Positions 35,839 through 43,980 of a stretch of DNA of 43,980 nucleotides are shown here, one piece after another. The stretch comes from Chloroflexota bacterium. GTDB lineage: Bacteria; Chloroflexota; Limnocylindria; QHBO01. How positions within the stretch are numbered: the stretch's first letter is position 1; every line of letters starts with the position of its first letter. The notes below the pieces were generated by a model that made no database searches, had not been told where the DNA came from, and saw only the letters and a list, made by a program, of their open reading frames with translations. The DNA lies in NCBI GenBank assembly GCA_024636135.1, contig JAGXHP010000046.1, forward strand, positions 1 through 43,980. Reading direction: 5' to 3'. Position numbers and translations under genes: made by a program.

Positions 35839-36768
35839 GTGAACCGCAGGTGGAGGATCGACACATTGCACCGAGCCCGGCTCATCGCGCTCCTGGCACT
35901 CCTTGGCCTTACCCTCGTCACGGGTCCGATTCTCGGCAGCGCGGCGATGGCCGCGGACCCGATCGTGATCGTCCAGTCGGGCGATACGCTGACGAGCATC
36001 GCGAAGCGTCATGACGTCGAGATCGGCACGTTGGTCAAGCTCAATGCGCTCGCCAACCCGAATCGCATTTACGCCGGCCAGCGACTCCGCACGACCGCGG
36101 CATCTCCCGCGACCGTCGCGCCGACGGCGGCACCAATCGCGGCCTCCGCGCGCGTGCACACCGTGCAGTCGGGCGAGCATCTCACCGGGATCGCGCGACG
36201 CTATGGCGTGTCGATCACGAGCATCAGCCAGGCGAACGGCATCAGCAACCCGAGCCGCATCTACGCCGGCCAGCGACTGACGATCCCCGGCTCGGCGCCG
36301 GCTGCGGCTCCGGCCGCACCCGCGGCGAACACACCGTCCATGCCGGGCTCGATGGCGGCGCTCGTGTCGAAGCGTGCCGGCGTCCGCGCCGTCATTCTCG
36401 AGGAGGCTGCCCGGTACGGCGTTTCGGGACCGTTCGCCCTCGCGGTGGCATGGCAGGAGTCCGGCTGGCAGCAGGGTGTGGTCAGCCACGCCGGGGCGGT
36501 GGGCGTCATGCAGCTCATGCCAGCCACGGCCGAATGGGTCGGCGACGCCATGCTCGGCTCCGCGGTGAACATCAACGATACGCGTGCCAACATCCGCGCC
36601 GGCGTCCGCCTCCTGGCGCACTACCTCGACCGCTACGACGGCGATCGAGCGCGGGTGCTCGCCGCCTACTACCAGGGCCAATGGGCAACCGACCACCACG
36701 GGATCTACGCCATCACCCGTCCCTATGTCGCGTCGATCGTCGAGCTCGAGCGCATCTTCGGCGGCTGA
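35839..36768 (+). CDS. Secreted peptidoglycan lytic transglycosylase with two LysM domains
   Basis: - Signal/TM: LIALLALLGLTLVTGPILGSAAMA.
- Two LysM repeats: VQSGDTLTSIAKRH.V....L..LN.L.NPN.IYAGQ.L and VQSGEHLTGIARRYGVSI.SI..ANGISNPSRIYAGQRL.
- SLT core: ALAVAWQESGW......S.AGAVGVMQLMPATA.
- The start codon is uncertain (GTG 35839 or the downstream TTG). Confidence 0.85.
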   Translation: MNRRWRIDTLHRARLIALLALLGLTLVTGPILGSAAMAADPIVIVQSGDTLTSIAKRHDVEIGTLVKLNALANPNRIYAGQRLRTTAASPATVAPTAAPIAASARVHTVQSGEHLTGIARRYGVSITSISQANGISNPSRIYAGQRLTIPGSAPAAAPAAPAANTPSMPGSMAALVSKRAGVRAVILEEAARYGVSGPFALAVAWQESGWQQGVVSHAGAVGVMQLMPATAEWVGDAMLGSAVNINDTRANIRAGVRLLAHYLDRYDGDRARVLAAYYQGQWATDHHGIYAITRPYVASIVELERIFGG

Positions 36769-36771
36769 GCC

Positions 36772-37149
36772 TCAGCCCGACCCGACGTCGGGAATGCGTC
36801 GAGCTTTCCACCCGCTCGACTCGACATCGGAGGGCGCAACCAGCACGAGGTCGACCCGCGTCCCGAGATGCGTGATTCGCGTCGAGGACGCGTATTCGAC
36901 GACTGAGTGCCCGATGCGAGCCGTGCGGCGGGCGTCGATCGACTCCGAGCCATCGCCCGCCCTCGCACTGCGCCGCGCACGCACCTCGACGCCGACGAGC
37001 ACGCGGCCGGGATCGAGGGCGATGAGATCGACTTCGCCGCCGCTCCGCGTCCGATGCCGGCGGGCGACGACATGCCAGCCCGTCGCCTCCAGCCACGCGG
37101 CCACGGCGTGTTCGGCCGCCAGCCCCAGCTCGTGGCGTGCATCACCCAT
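36772..37149 (-). CDS. yraN: YraN family endonuclease-like protein (UPF0102)
   Basis: Contains G..GE..A..WLE..GW.VVARR.R.R.GEVDLIALD....L.GVEVR.R. ATG 37149 is preferred. TTG 37188, 1 nt after the rnhB stop, is an alternative. Confidence 0.8.
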   Translation of the reverse strand: MGDARHELGLAAEHAVAAWLEATGWHVVARRHRTRSGGEVDLIALDPGRVLVGVEVRARRSARAGDGSESIDARRTARIGHSVVEYASSTRITHLGTRVDLVLVAPSDVESSGWKARRIPDVGSG

Positions 37150-37189
37150 CCGGAACCGATCTCCCCGCGGGAGGCGAGCGATCGTCAAG

Positions 37190-37849
37190 TCAGTCGAGTC
37201 CGAGCAACTCCTCGTCCACGATCTCCCAATCGAGGTCCAGGGAAAGCTGCGTGCCGGCCAGGAGCAACCGGATCGGGGCGAAGGAACGGCGATGCCACTC
37301 GCAAGGCCCCAAGCTCACCAGCGCGTCGACGTGGCGCCGCGTCCCGTATCCCTTGTGGCGTGAGAATCCGTACGCCGGGTACCGGTGGTCGATCTCGTCG
37401 CAGATTCGATCCCTCGTCACCTTTGCCACGATGCTGGCGGCGGCGATCGAGGCGCTGATCGCATCGCCGTCGATGATCGGGCGCTGCGGCAGGTCAACCT
37501 CCCGCAGGCGCAGCGCATCGATGAGCAGGTGGTCGGGTGGCTCGGCCAGGCGGCCGAGGGCCTCGCGCATCGCGAGCTTCGTCGCCTGGAGGATGTTGAC
37601 GCGGTCGATCACCTCGACCTCTACGCATCCGACGCCGACGTCGAGCGCCCGATCGAGGATCAGCTCGTAGAGGGCTTCGCGCCGTGCGCGGGGCAGGACC
37701 TTGGAGTCGCGGATGCCCTTGATCCGGTGTCGTTCCGGGAGCACGACGGCGGCGGCGACCACCGGCCCGGCCAGGCACCCGCGCCCGACCTCGTCGATGC
37801 CGGCGACGCGCTGAAACCCGGCGAGATGGAGTTCACGCTCGTTGCGCAT
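37190..37849 (-). CDS. rnhB: Ribonuclease HII
   Basis: Contains VAGIDEVGRGCLAGPVVAAAVVL, DSK.L and SIAAASIVAKVTRD......D..YP.YGF..HKGYGT..H. The start is set at ATG 37849. The track extension to 38011 overlaps rplS. Confidence 0.9.
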   Translation of the reverse strand: MRNERELHLAGFQRVAGIDEVGRGCLAGPVVAAAVVLPERHRIKGIRDSKVLPRARREALYELILDRALDVGVGCVEVEVIDRVNILQATKLAMREALGRLAEPPDHLLIDALRLREVDLPQRPIIDGDAISASIAAASIVAKVTRDRICDEIDHRYPAYGFSRHKGYGTRRHVDALVSLGPCEWHRRSFAPIRLLLAGTQLSLDLDWEIVDEELLGLD

Positions 37850-37925
37850 GTGCGCGTCGCGGATCTTGTGGCGTCGAGGGGGCCGACGCGCCGTGACCGG
37901 TCTCGATGCGAGCCGGTTCACCGTG

Positions 37926-38273
37926 TCAGTTGCTTCGGCGCTCGCGGAGCGTGGCCGACTTGCCGACCCGGTCGCGGAGGAAGTAGAGCTGCGCGCGGCG
38001 TGCGACGCCATGTCGGACCACCTCGATGCGGTCGATGCGCGGTGCGTGCACCATGAAGGTGCGCTCCACGCCGACCCCGCTCGCGATGCGTCGCACGGTG
38101 ATGGCCCGGTTCAGGCCACCGCCACGCATGCGCATCACGGTGCCCTCGAAGACCTGGATCCGCTCACGGCTGCCCTCGACCACCTTCACCGCCACGCGGA
38201 CCGTGTCGCCGGGGGCAAGCTCCGGGACGTCGGTGCGGAGCTGCTCGCGCTCGAGCTCCTTGATGGCGTTCAT
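37926..38273 (-). CDS. rplS: 50S ribosomal protein L19
   Basis: Contains P...PGDTVRV.VKV.EG.RERIQ.FEG.V.R.RGGG.....TVRRI.SGVGVER.F..H.P.ID.IEV. Confidence 0.95.
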   Translation of the reverse strand: MNAIKELEREQLRTDVPELAPGDTVRVAVKVVEGSRERIQVFEGTVMRMRGGGLNRAITVRRIASGVGVERTFMVHAPRIDRIEVVRHGVARRAQLYFLRDRVGKSATLRERRSN

Positions 38274-38362
38274 CCTGGGGCGACCTCATGATCGCGGGCT
38301 TACCCGCGGCTTACGGAAATGACACACGAACGCGACCGCGCTGCGCGGCCGCGACGGGCAGG

Positions 38363-38391
38363 AGTATATCGCGCTGAGGATCGAGCGGCAA
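38363..38391 (-). promoter_or_regulatory. Candidate sigma-A-type promoter for rplS: TTGCCG (-35, 38386-38391), 17 nt spacer, TATACT (-10, 38363-38368). The leader contains the hairpin CGCGGG-cuua-CCCGCG (38293-38308).
   Basis: Read directly from the sequence, in the 131-nt trmD-rplS spacer. The spacing is exactly 17 nt. Confidence 0.45.
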
Positions 38392-38404
38392 GGCGCCGCG
38401 ACCG

Positions 38405-39127
38405 TCACTCGGGCTCGAAGCCGATGCTCCGCAGGAATGCGTGGTCGTCATCGTCAAGGGCGATGGCCCCGAGGAGATCTGGTCGCCGCTCGGAGGTCCG
38501 TCGCAGAGCTTCCTGGCGTCGCCAGCGAGCGACCTCGCCGTGGTGGCCGGAGAGCAGGACGGGTGGGACAGTGAGGTCGCGGAACGTCTCGGGTCGCGTG
38601 TACTGCGGGTACTCGAGGAGTCCCGAGGCGAAGGAGTCGCCCCGGTGCGACTCCTCCTGGATGACACCCGGCAGGAGGCGGACGACCGCGTCGACGAGCA
38701 CCAGGGCCGGCAGCTCCCCGCCGGTCAGCACGTAGTCGCCGATGCTCACCTCGCGGTCGACAAGGGTCCGGATGCGCTCGTCGAAGCCCTCGTATCGCCC
38801 GCATACCAGCGCCAGGTGGTCGTACGTGGCGAGCTCCCGCGCCGATGCGTCGTCGAGCTGCTCGCCGGCGGGGTCCATCAGCACGACGTGGGCACCGGCG
38901 TCTCGGAGTGGCTCCACCGCAGCAAACAGCGGCTCGGGCCGCATCACCATTCCCGCGCCCCCACCGTACGGCTCATCGTCCACCGACCGATGCCGTCCGA
39001 GGCCATGATCGCGAAGGTCGTGGACCGTGAAATCGACCAGGCCGGCGTCGGCCGCGCGCCCGATGATCGACGTTCCCAACGGCCCGGCGACCAGGTCGGG
39101 GAAGATCGTGACGATGTCGACCTTCAT
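38405..39127 (-). CDS. trmD: tRNA (guanine37-N1)-methyltransferase
   Basis: Contains [56 protein letters not shown] and GHH..V..WR. Confidence 0.95.
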   Translation of the reverse strand: MKVDIVTIFPDLVAGPLGTSIIGRAADAGLVDFTVHDLRDHGLGRHRSVDDEPYGGGAGMVMRPEPLFAAVEPLRDAGAHVVLMDPAGEQLDDASARELATYDHLALVCGRYEGFDERIRTLVDREVSIGDYVLTGGELPALVLVDAVVRLLPGVIQEESHRGDSFASGLLEYPQYTRPETFRDLTVPPVLLSGHHGEVARWRRQEALRRTSERRPDLLGAIALDDDDHAFLRSIGFEPE

Positions 39128-39606
39128 CGGTCCCCGACGATTTCGGCGTCGTCCGCCGCGATGACGATCAGGCCCGCCGTGAGATCGATCCGCAGCACGG
39201 TCGATCGCAGCGCGGGAACGAGCCGCTCCCCCGCCGGACCCGTCACGCGGTACACCTCGTTCCCGCCCGATCGGAAGATCTCGACCAGTTCGCCGACGTG
39301 GCGACCATCGGTCTCCTCGACGCGCAGCCCGACGAGGTCGTCCCAGTAGAACGCGTCATCGGGAAGGGCGTGGGGCGGTGCCTCGAGGTACCGCCCATTG
39401 AGAGCCTCTGCCGCCTCGCGCGTCTCCACGCCTTCGAGGTGGAGAACACTCCCCCGCCCTCCCGTCTCGACGCGAGCGATCGTCATGGGAGTCGGCTGAC
39501 CTTCGAGGAACAGCGTGGCGCCGGGAGTGAGTCGCTCCGGCCAATCCGTGAGCACCTCGACCCGGACAGCACCGGCAAGGCCCTTGGCGCCCAGGACCCT
39601 GGCCAC
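39124..39606 (-). CDS. rimM: 16S rRNA processing protein RimM
   Basis: Contains G.KG..G.V.VEVLTD.PERL, an N-terminal PRC-barrel-like domain, and C-terminal YW.DL.GL.V....G...G.L......G.N.V. The GTG start is at 39606. The stop overlaps the trmD start. Confidence 0.88.
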   Translation of the reverse strand: MARVLGAKGLAGAVRVEVLTDWPERLTPGATLFLEGQPTPMTIARVETGGRGSVLHLEGVETREAAEALNGRYLEAPPHALPDDAFYWDDLVGLRVEETDGRHVGELVEIFRSGGNEVYRVTGPAGERLVPALRSTVLRIDLTAGLIVIAADDAEIVGDR

Positions 39607-39619
39607 GGCCAGGCGACGC

Positions 39620-39859
39620 TCAGTCGGCGTCGGAGACGATCTCGAGCTCGACGTGGCGTCCGTCCTTGGTGGCCATCACCTTCAGCAGGCTGCGAATCGC
39701 ATTGGCGATCCGACCATCGCGACCGATCACGCGACCCATGTCCTCCTGGTCGACGCCCAGGGTGAGTACGGTTTCGTCCCCGTCCTCGTCAACCTCGACC
39801 CAGACGGCGTCCGGCTTGTCGACCAATCCGCGTGCGATGTACTCAAGAAAGGCCTTCAC
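39620..39859 (-). CDS. KH domain RNA-binding protein (YlqC/UPF0109 family), 79 aa
   Basis: Contains L..I...LVD.PD.V.V.........L.L.V...DMGRVIGR.GR.A.AIR.LL. It occupies the conserved position between rpsP and rimM. The GTG start overlaps the rpsP stop. Confidence 0.85.
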   Translation of the reverse strand: MKAFLEYIARGLVDKPDAVWVEVDEDGDETVLTLGVDQEDMGRVIGRDGRIANAIRSLLKVMATKDGRHVELEIVSDAD

Positions 39860-40353
39860 GCGTCGGCCTTGTCGCCGTCGGCGGCATCCGCTGCGGCCGA
39901 ATCGTCGGTGACGGACTCGGCTACCGGTGTTTCCGCATCAGCGGCGGGCGCTCCATCGGCCTCTGCTTCGGCCGCAGGGGCGATTTCCGGCTCCGCCGCC
40001 GGGGCGGCATCGGCTTCTGCGGCCGCCGCGGCCTTGGCCTTGGCCTTCGCGCTCTGCTTCGGCTTGGTGGCCTTGGTGGCGCGCTTCGGCTTCTCGGTCG
40101 CGGGCTCGAGCGCCGCCTTCTCGGCCTGGCGCATGAGCTTGGCGACGGTCTCGGACGGCTGGGCTCCCTGTCCGATCCAGGCCTGGATCCTGTCGGTTTC
40201 GAGATGAACCGTGGCCGGCTCGGTGAGCGGGTCGTAATAGCCCAGGATCTCGAGCGCGCGCCCGTCGCGCGATCGGCGCTTGTCGATGGCGACGACCCGG
40301 TACGAGGGACGCTTCGTCGCGCCAACCCGGGTCAATCGAATGCGAACTGCCAA
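39856..40353 (-). CDS. rpsP: 30S ribosomal protein S16 with an Ala/Glu/Lys/Pro-rich C-terminal extension of about 85 aa
   Basis: Contains (M)AVRIRLTRVGATKRPSYRVVAIDKR..RDGR..E.LG.YDP. The start codon reads as TTG (TTGGCAGTTCGC). The low-complexity tail is AKAKAKAAAAAEADAAPAAEPE... Confidence 0.92.
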   Translation of the reverse strand: MAVRIRLTRVGATKRPSYRVVAIDKRRSRDGRALEILGYYDPLTEPATVHLETDRIQAWIGQGAQPSETVAKLMRQAEKAALEPATEKPKRATKATKPKQSAKAKAKAAAAAEADAAPAAEPEIAPAAEAEADGAPAADAETPVAESVTDDSAAADAADGDKADA

Positions 40354-40400
40354 GTGGTGGATACCTCTGTGTGGGTTGCTACTGGTTCAAATTCGGTGAC

Positions 40401-41960
40401 TCACGGCCCATCGACCGTCAGCACCGCGTGGAATTCGATCTGATCATCGCGGGACGGGGCGGTGAATCCGAACGTCCCGATCCGGGACAGGATATCGCGC
40501 GCGTCGGCCGGGAGCTCGACGGTACCCCCCATGAGCTCGATCGCCGCGCCGACATCGACGAACCCTTCGTTCCCCGCGCGGGTGCCCGCCACCTCGAACG
40601 CGCGCACGTACGGCTCGCTGCCCGCGAGAGTCTCGCCGCTCGCGTGCGCGTCGAGCGACGCGGTCACGTCCTCGACCGAGGCGCCGATGATGATGATGCC
40701 GTCCCGGACGGCGAACGCAAGGTCCACCACGTCGGGGATGCTGACGATGGTGATCTCGTCGTCCTCGTGCTGCTCCGTGCTGGTCGAGGCGCCGATGACG
40801 GCGAGCCGCTCGACGACGCGGCGCAGGGCGGCCTCCCCCGCCTCGGGATCCTCCGGCCGCAGCAGGATCTGGCCGCGGGGCAGCTCCCCGTCCAGGCCGG
40901 CCAGCGCGATGCCGACCTCGCGGTCGAGGAGCGGCAGCAGATCCGCGTCGATGTCGATGCCGAGGCCGAAAGCGGCCAACGCCCGGAGCGTATCGATGCC
41001 CCCGATGACCTCCTGGCCCTCGGGGATCTCGCCGGCCGCTGCCTCCGCATCCTCGAGCGTCTGTCGCAGCCCGAACACGACGACCTCGGCCACGGTGTCG
41101 GGTGGCATCCAGTCGACGAGGCTCGACGGCTCGCCGCCGAGGCCGAATCCGGCCGTGGCCGATGACGCGGCGTCGGTCACGTCGAACGGCGCACGACCGC
41201 TGAGGCGCAGCCCATCGCGCTCGGCGACGAGGGCGGCGCCGGCCGTGCTGAGCGCAGCGAGCTGCTGGTCGGTGTCGGTCGCCTCGCCAATGGCCGCCAG
41301 GTCGACGAACAGGCTGGCGAGGTGATCCGCGGGCAGGTCGGCCATCGTGGCCCGGAAGTCGTCACGCCCGGCGAGGGCCGCCGCCCCGGCTTCGACGTCC
41401 ACGATGGCCTCGATCGGCGTGCGCGACTCGGCGATCACCAGCAGGTCATCGATGAAGGCGTACGCGGAGTCGGCGACCACGCGGATCTCGATACCGCGGT
41501 AGTCGGCCGTGCTGGCCTGCGCGCCGGTGCGTTCCCACAGGTCGGCGAGGGCGGCCTCAGCCGCCTCCACGTCCTTCACGTCGACGATTGCCACCATCAC
41601 CGGATCCGGGTCGCCGGCCCAGCCGGCCAGCGCGACCTGGTTGCCGAGCCAAGGCTTGACCTCATCCTCGTAGTCGACGTCCAGTCCGGCCGATGTCAGG
41701 AGGTTCGCGACCACCTGGTCCACCTTCTCGTCGAGCGATGCCTCGTCGGCGAATCCGGGGAGTCTCCCGATCAACCCGCCGAGGTTCATCTGCTGTCCCG
41801 CCGATGGCTGCAGGTAGACGTTCGCGTAGAACGCGGTGTCCGCGGGGGCTAGGGCCGCTGCGCGATCGGTGGTGGCCGAGAAGAACAGCAGGTAGGCGCC
41901 GAGGAATGTGGCGCCCGTCAGCCCGATGAGGGTGACGAGCGCGACGACGAGTCTGTGCAC
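40401..41960 (-). CDS. Membrane-anchored hypothetical protein, possibly DUF3352 family (519 aa)
   Basis: It has an N-terminal TM segment (LVVALVTLIGLTGATFLGAYLLFF), then a large Ala/Asp/Glu-rich extracytoplasmic region. The GTG start is preceded by GAGGA. The family assignment comes from memory of the overall pattern only. Confidence 0.55.
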   Translation of the reverse strand: MHRLVVALVTLIGLTGATFLGAYLLFFSATTDRAAALAPADTAFYANVYLQPSAGQQMNLGGLIGRLPGFADEASLDEKVDQVVANLLTSAGLDVDYEDEVKPWLGNQVALAGWAGDPDPVMVAIVDVKDVEAAEAALADLWERTGAQASTADYRGIEIRVVADSAYAFIDDLLVIAESRTPIEAIVDVEAGAAALAGRDDFRATMADLPADHLASLFVDLAAIGEATDTDQQLAALSTAGAALVAERDGLRLSGRAPFDVTDAASSATAGFGLGGEPSSLVDWMPPDTVAEVVVFGLRQTLEDAEAAAGEIPEGQEVIGGIDTLRALAAFGLGIDIDADLLPLLDREVGIALAGLDGELPRGQILLRPEDPEAGEAALRRVVERLAVIGASTSTEQHEDDEITIVSIPDVVDLAFAVRDGIIIIGASVEDVTASLDAHASGETLAGSEPYVRAFEVAGTRAGNEGFVDVGAAIELMGGTVELPADARDILSRIGTFGFTAPSRDDQIEFHAVLTVDGP

Positions 41961-41967
41961 CCGGTCC

Positions 41968-43305
41968 TCAGCGTCCGAGCAGGGCGCCGAGGCCCCCGCC
42001 CATGCGCGGCATCTTCCCGCCGCTGAACATCTTCATCATCTTCTGCATCTCGACGAACTGCTTGAGCAGCCGATTCACCTCGGCGGTGCTCGTGCCGCTG
42101 CCGACCGCGATGCGCCGCCGCCGGCTGGCCTTGATGATCTCGGGCCGACGACGCTCGTCAGGGGTCATCGAGTCGATGATCGCCTCGATTCGCTTCATCT
42201 GCCCCGAGTCGACCGCCTCCTGGGCAGCGCCGGCCATCTCGCCTGCGCCCGGCACCATCTGGAGCAGCTGGCCGATCGGCCCCATCTTCTTGATCTGGTT
42301 CAGCTGGCTTCGGAAGTCCTCGAGGGTGAAGCGGTTCTCCATCATCCGCTTGGCGGCCGCCTCCGCCTCCCCTTGGTCGACGTTCTCCTGCACCCGCTCG
42401 ACGAAGCTCAGGATGTCGCCCATGCCGAGGATCCGCTGCGCGAGCCGATCCGGATGGAATGCCTCGAGGCCGTCGGTGCGCTCCCCGGTCCCGAGGAAGG
42501 CGACCGGGAGGCCGGTGGCCGCCCGGATGCTCAGCGCCGCGCCACCTCGCGCGTCTCCATCCATCTTGGTCAGAATCAGGCCGGTGATCGGCAGACGTGC
42601 GTGGAATGCCTCGGCGACCGTCACCGACTCCTGCCCGGTCATGGCGTCGACGACGAGCAGGGTTTCCGACGGCGTCACGCTGCCGACGATGCGCACGAGC
42701 TCGTCCATCATCGCTTCGTCGACGTGGAGGCGGCCCGCGGTATCGAGGATCATGACGTCCGCGCCGCGCTGGCGGGCCACCTCCAGCCCCGATCGCGCCA
42801 CCTCGAGCGCCGGTGTACCGACCGGGCGCGTGTGAACCTCGACCCCGATCTGGTCACCCAGCTGGACCAGCTGGTCGACGGCCGCCGGACGGTAGACGTC
42901 CGCGGCAACGAGCAACGGCCGCTTGCCCTCCTTGCGAAGGCGCACGGCGAGCTTCGCTGCCGACGTTGTCTTTCCGGAGCCCTGGAGCCCAACCATCATC
43001 AGGACGGCGGGTGTCGCGTCGAGCGCAAGGTGATGGCGCGCTCCACCTAGGATCTCGACCAGCTCCTCGTGGACGATCTTCACGATCTGCTGCCCCGGAT
43101 TCAGGCCGGTGAGAAGGTCTGCGCCGATCGCGCGCTCCCGGATGCGAGCCACGAAGTCCTTGACGACCCGGAAGTTCACATCGGCCTCGAGCAGGGCGAG
43201 TCGAATCTCGCGCAGCGCGACATCGAGGTCGGCGTCGGTGATACGTGCCTTGCCCCGCAGGCGCTCGGTGATGCCCTGCAGGCGCGTTGAGAGAGACTCG
43301 AACAT
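41968..43305 (-). CDS. ffh: Signal recognition particle protein Ffh
   Basis: Contains MFESLS.RL, the N-domain, the G-domain VGLQGSGKTTS.AKLA...DTAGRL...LTK.DGDARGGAALS, and a Met-rich M-domain (LLQMVPG...MKRIEAII.SMT..ER). Confidence 0.95.
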   Translation of the reverse strand: MFESLSTRLQGITERLRGKARITDADLDVALREIRLALLEADVNFRVVKDFVARIRERAIGADLLTGLNPGQQIVKIVHEELVEILGGARHHLALDATPAVLMMVGLQGSGKTTSAAKLAVRLRKEGKRPLLVAADVYRPAAVDQLVQLGDQIGVEVHTRPVGTPALEVARSGLEVARQRGADVMILDTAGRLHVDEAMMDELVRIVGSVTPSETLLVVDAMTGQESVTVAEAFHARLPITGLILTKMDGDARGGAALSIRAATGLPVAFLGTGERTDGLEAFHPDRLAQRILGMGDILSFVERVQENVDQGEAEAAAKRMMENRFTLEDFRSQLNQIKKMGPIGQLLQMVPGAGEMAGAAQEAVDSGQMKRIEAIIDSMTPDERRRPEIIKASRRRRIAVGSGTSTAEVNRLLKQFVEMQKMMKMFSGGKMPRMGGGLGALLGR

Positions 43306-43361
43306 GAATCGACCGGTACGGGATCAGGTGCCGGCGCCAGGCGGCCGGCAAACGGCTGCCC

Positions 43362-43390
43362 ATTCTACGGGCCACCGCCCACGGGGGCAA
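43362..43390 (-). promoter_or_regulatory. Candidate sigma-A-type promoter for ffh: TTGCCC (-35, 43385-43390), 17 nt spacer, TAGAAT (-10, 43362-43367)
   Basis: Read directly from the sequence, in the 92-nt ftsY-ffh spacer. It has the same architecture as the rplS candidate. Confidence 0.4.
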
Positions 43391-43397
43391 CGGAACC

Positions 43398-43980
43398 CTA
43401 TTCGGCGAAGAGCCACTCCACGAACGCTTCGGGATCGAAGGGGGCGAGCGCATCGATCTCCTCGCCGATGCCCGCAAACAGGATCGGCACGCCCAGTCGC
43501 TCGGCAACGGCCAGGGCCACGCCGCCCTTGGCGGTCCCGTCGAGCTTCGTGAGCACGATGCCGGTGACCCCGGCCTCGCGGCTGAAGGCCTCGGCCTGCA
43601 GCAGCCCGTTCTGGCCGGTCGTCGCGTCGAGCACGAGGAGGACGTGACGCGGCTGACCCGGAAGTCGCCGCTCGATCACGCGGCGGATCTTCGCCAGCTC
43701 TTCCATGAGCTGCCGCTTGTTCTGGAGTCGGCCGGCGGTGTCGACCAGGACGGCGTCGAGCCCGCGCGAGACCGCTGCCTCGACCGCGTCGAACGCGACG
43801 GCCCCCGGGTCGGCCCCTGGTCGCTGCGCGATCACCGCCACACCGAGCTGCTCACCCCAGATGCGCAGCTGCTCGACCGCCGCCGCCCGAAAGGTATCGG
43901 CCGCTGCCAGGGCCACGCTGTGGCCATCGGCCAGGAGCCGCGATGCCAGCTTCGCGATCGACGTCGTCTTTCCGGTTCCG
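43398..43980 (-). CDS. ftsY: Signal recognition particle receptor FtsY. Only the 3' part is present; the gene continues beyond the right edge.
   Basis: Contains GTGKTTSIAKLA (P-loop, from the last 60 nt of the window), AAADTFRAAAVEQL, DTAGRL and LTKLDGTAKGG. Confidence 0.9.
   Translation of the reverse strand, partial: GTGKTTSIAKLASRLLADGHSVALAAADTFRAAAVEQLRIWGEQLGVAVIAQRPGADPGAVAFDAVEAAVSRGLDAVLVDTAGRLQNKRQLMEELAKIRRVIERRLPGQPRHVLLVLDATTGQNGLLQAEAFSREAGVTGIVLTKLDGTAKGGVALAVAERLGVPILFAGIGEEIDALAPFDPEAFVEWLFAE

Noticed and set aside
40354-40400. Promoter for rpsP (TTGAAC -35-like box at the right distance from the start).
   Set aside because: The sequence 17 nt downstream (GAGGTA) is a poor -10 box and more likely serves as the SD region. 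rpsP is probably co-transcribed with the upstream gene.

Overview
The window is GC-rich (third codon positions are almost all G/C) and densely packed. About 40 genes are present and all but two lie on the minus strand. Many neighbours are joined by 1-4 nt start/stop overlaps. Most of the content is conserved housekeeping, read here in minus-strand transcription order (right to left).

- ftsY (partial), ffh, a DUF3352-like membrane protein, rpsP, a KH protein, rimM, trmD, rplS, rnhB and yraN.
- A divergent LysM/transglycosylase gene on the plus strand.
- rpsB, tsf, pyrH, frr, uppS, cdsA, dxr and rseP.
- A ~2 kb insertion carrying a secreted SLH-like metallophosphoesterase gene (plus strand) and a tRNA 3' fragment.
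- nusA, ylxR, infB, rbfA, a DHH/NrnA-like gene, truB, ribF, rpsO and pnp.
- A family-4 UDG, rnj, ftsK, a RodZ-like gene, yajQ, a CinA-C/PncC-like gene, murC and a small membrane protein.
- A methyltransferase gene remnant, a pirin gene, then a 1,973-aa multi-GAF hybrid histidine kinase, an HPt protein and a response regulator (partial).

The infB-rbfA-DHH-truB-ribF-rpsO-pnp order resembles Actinomycetota synteny. That is inference only.

The most unusual observation is that the otherwise complete pnp gene carries an in-frame DEDDh (DnaQ/RNase T-type) 3'-5' exonuclease domain of about 160 aa inside its alpha-helical linker.

Secondary observations:
- an eight-GAF hybrid kinase with near-identical 531-bp internal repeats;
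- a 43-bp duplicate of the rseP 3' end bracketing the ~2 kb insertion;
- an orphan tRNA 3' half;
- a terminator-like attenuator in the nusA leader;
- a decayed methyltransferase gene.

All family calls come from motifs I recognise by eye. No database search was run.
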